From positions 111,230,001 through 111,294,000 of the forward strand of contig NW_024704743.1 of the NCBI RefSeq assembly GCF_018977255.1: a stretch of 64,000 bases of DNA, in the 5' to 3' direction. A program made the translations under genes and the position numbers. This document shows, one piece after another, positions 63,448-64,000 of the stretch (positions are counted from its first letter, which is position 1; each line of letters begins with the position of its first letter). Below the pieces are notes generated by a model that worked only from the letters and a program-made list of their open reading frames with translations, was not told the DNA's origin and did not search any database. Source of the DNA: Callorhinchus milii. Taxonomy: Eukaryota.

Positions 63448-64000
63448 CTGGGAAAACAAAATTCACTTTAGTGAATTAGCTATTTTTCAGGTTTTATCAA
63501 TTATACTCAAAAGAAAGAATCATTTCAAAAGAATCAAAATAAAGGTTAAATCCCTGGCAACTCTCAATCTTGTTCTCTACAATATATCCGACTAAAGTTC
63601 TTATGGCCTTAGAATACCACTTCATCTGTGCTTGCAATGCTCCTTTTGTTTATACCCAGCCCACCACATCTGAGCTAAATACACTAATGGCAAGAATAAC
63701 ATTAGTTAAAGTTGCAACAATGATCCCCAGATATATACACACACAACAATATTTTACAAAGATTCTGAACTTTTGTGGGAGGGGGAAAGCATTACTAGCT
63801 TTAATCTTAAATCAGATTTAATTAACCTTAAATCAGGCCGACCCTGTTATAATGCAGTGGTTTGGCTCCAAGTATTCAGCCTGATGGGTCGTTCTGGTTT
63901 CCTGTACGTATGTGCATACAATGGGGGTCTTATAACGTGCTTAAGTTAAGTGGAGTCCAATAGCTCAGTGGTTAGAGCACTCGTCTTGCAAGCATGAGAC

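Overview
Repeat-rich vertebrate genomic DNA. The Deu-domain tRNA SINEs, L2, CR1 and Penelope-like elements suggest a cartilaginous fish, possibly a chimaera/elephant shark (inference). Two host genes converge at the right end. The first is a complete 4-exon interleukin-7 gene on the + strand, join(47089..47098,48635..48864,50885..51022,52259..52414), encoding 177 aa; the ORF track shows only its last exon. The second is the terminal coding exon of ZC2HC1A on the - strand (63270..63447). This is the same tail-to-tail pair as in human. The IL7 gene has an IRF element about 280 nt upstream of the ATG, a uORF whose stop overlaps the start codon, a rearranged cysteine set and a TSLP-like polybasic loop. 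It also has what looks like mammalian intron 2 collapsed to an in-frame 12-nt GT..AG relic. The first ~46 kb contains no recognisable intact gene. It holds a nested transposon stack (Penelope-like element with hammerhead motifs, CR1, putative solo LTR, L2, SINE), a TSD-flanked hairpin mini-Penelope, a TMBIM4 pseudogene fragment, a Gypsy integrase relic, minisatellites, local duplications and short templated insertions. All homology calls come from manual reading and recalled sequences, not database searches. Repeat boundaries are approximate.
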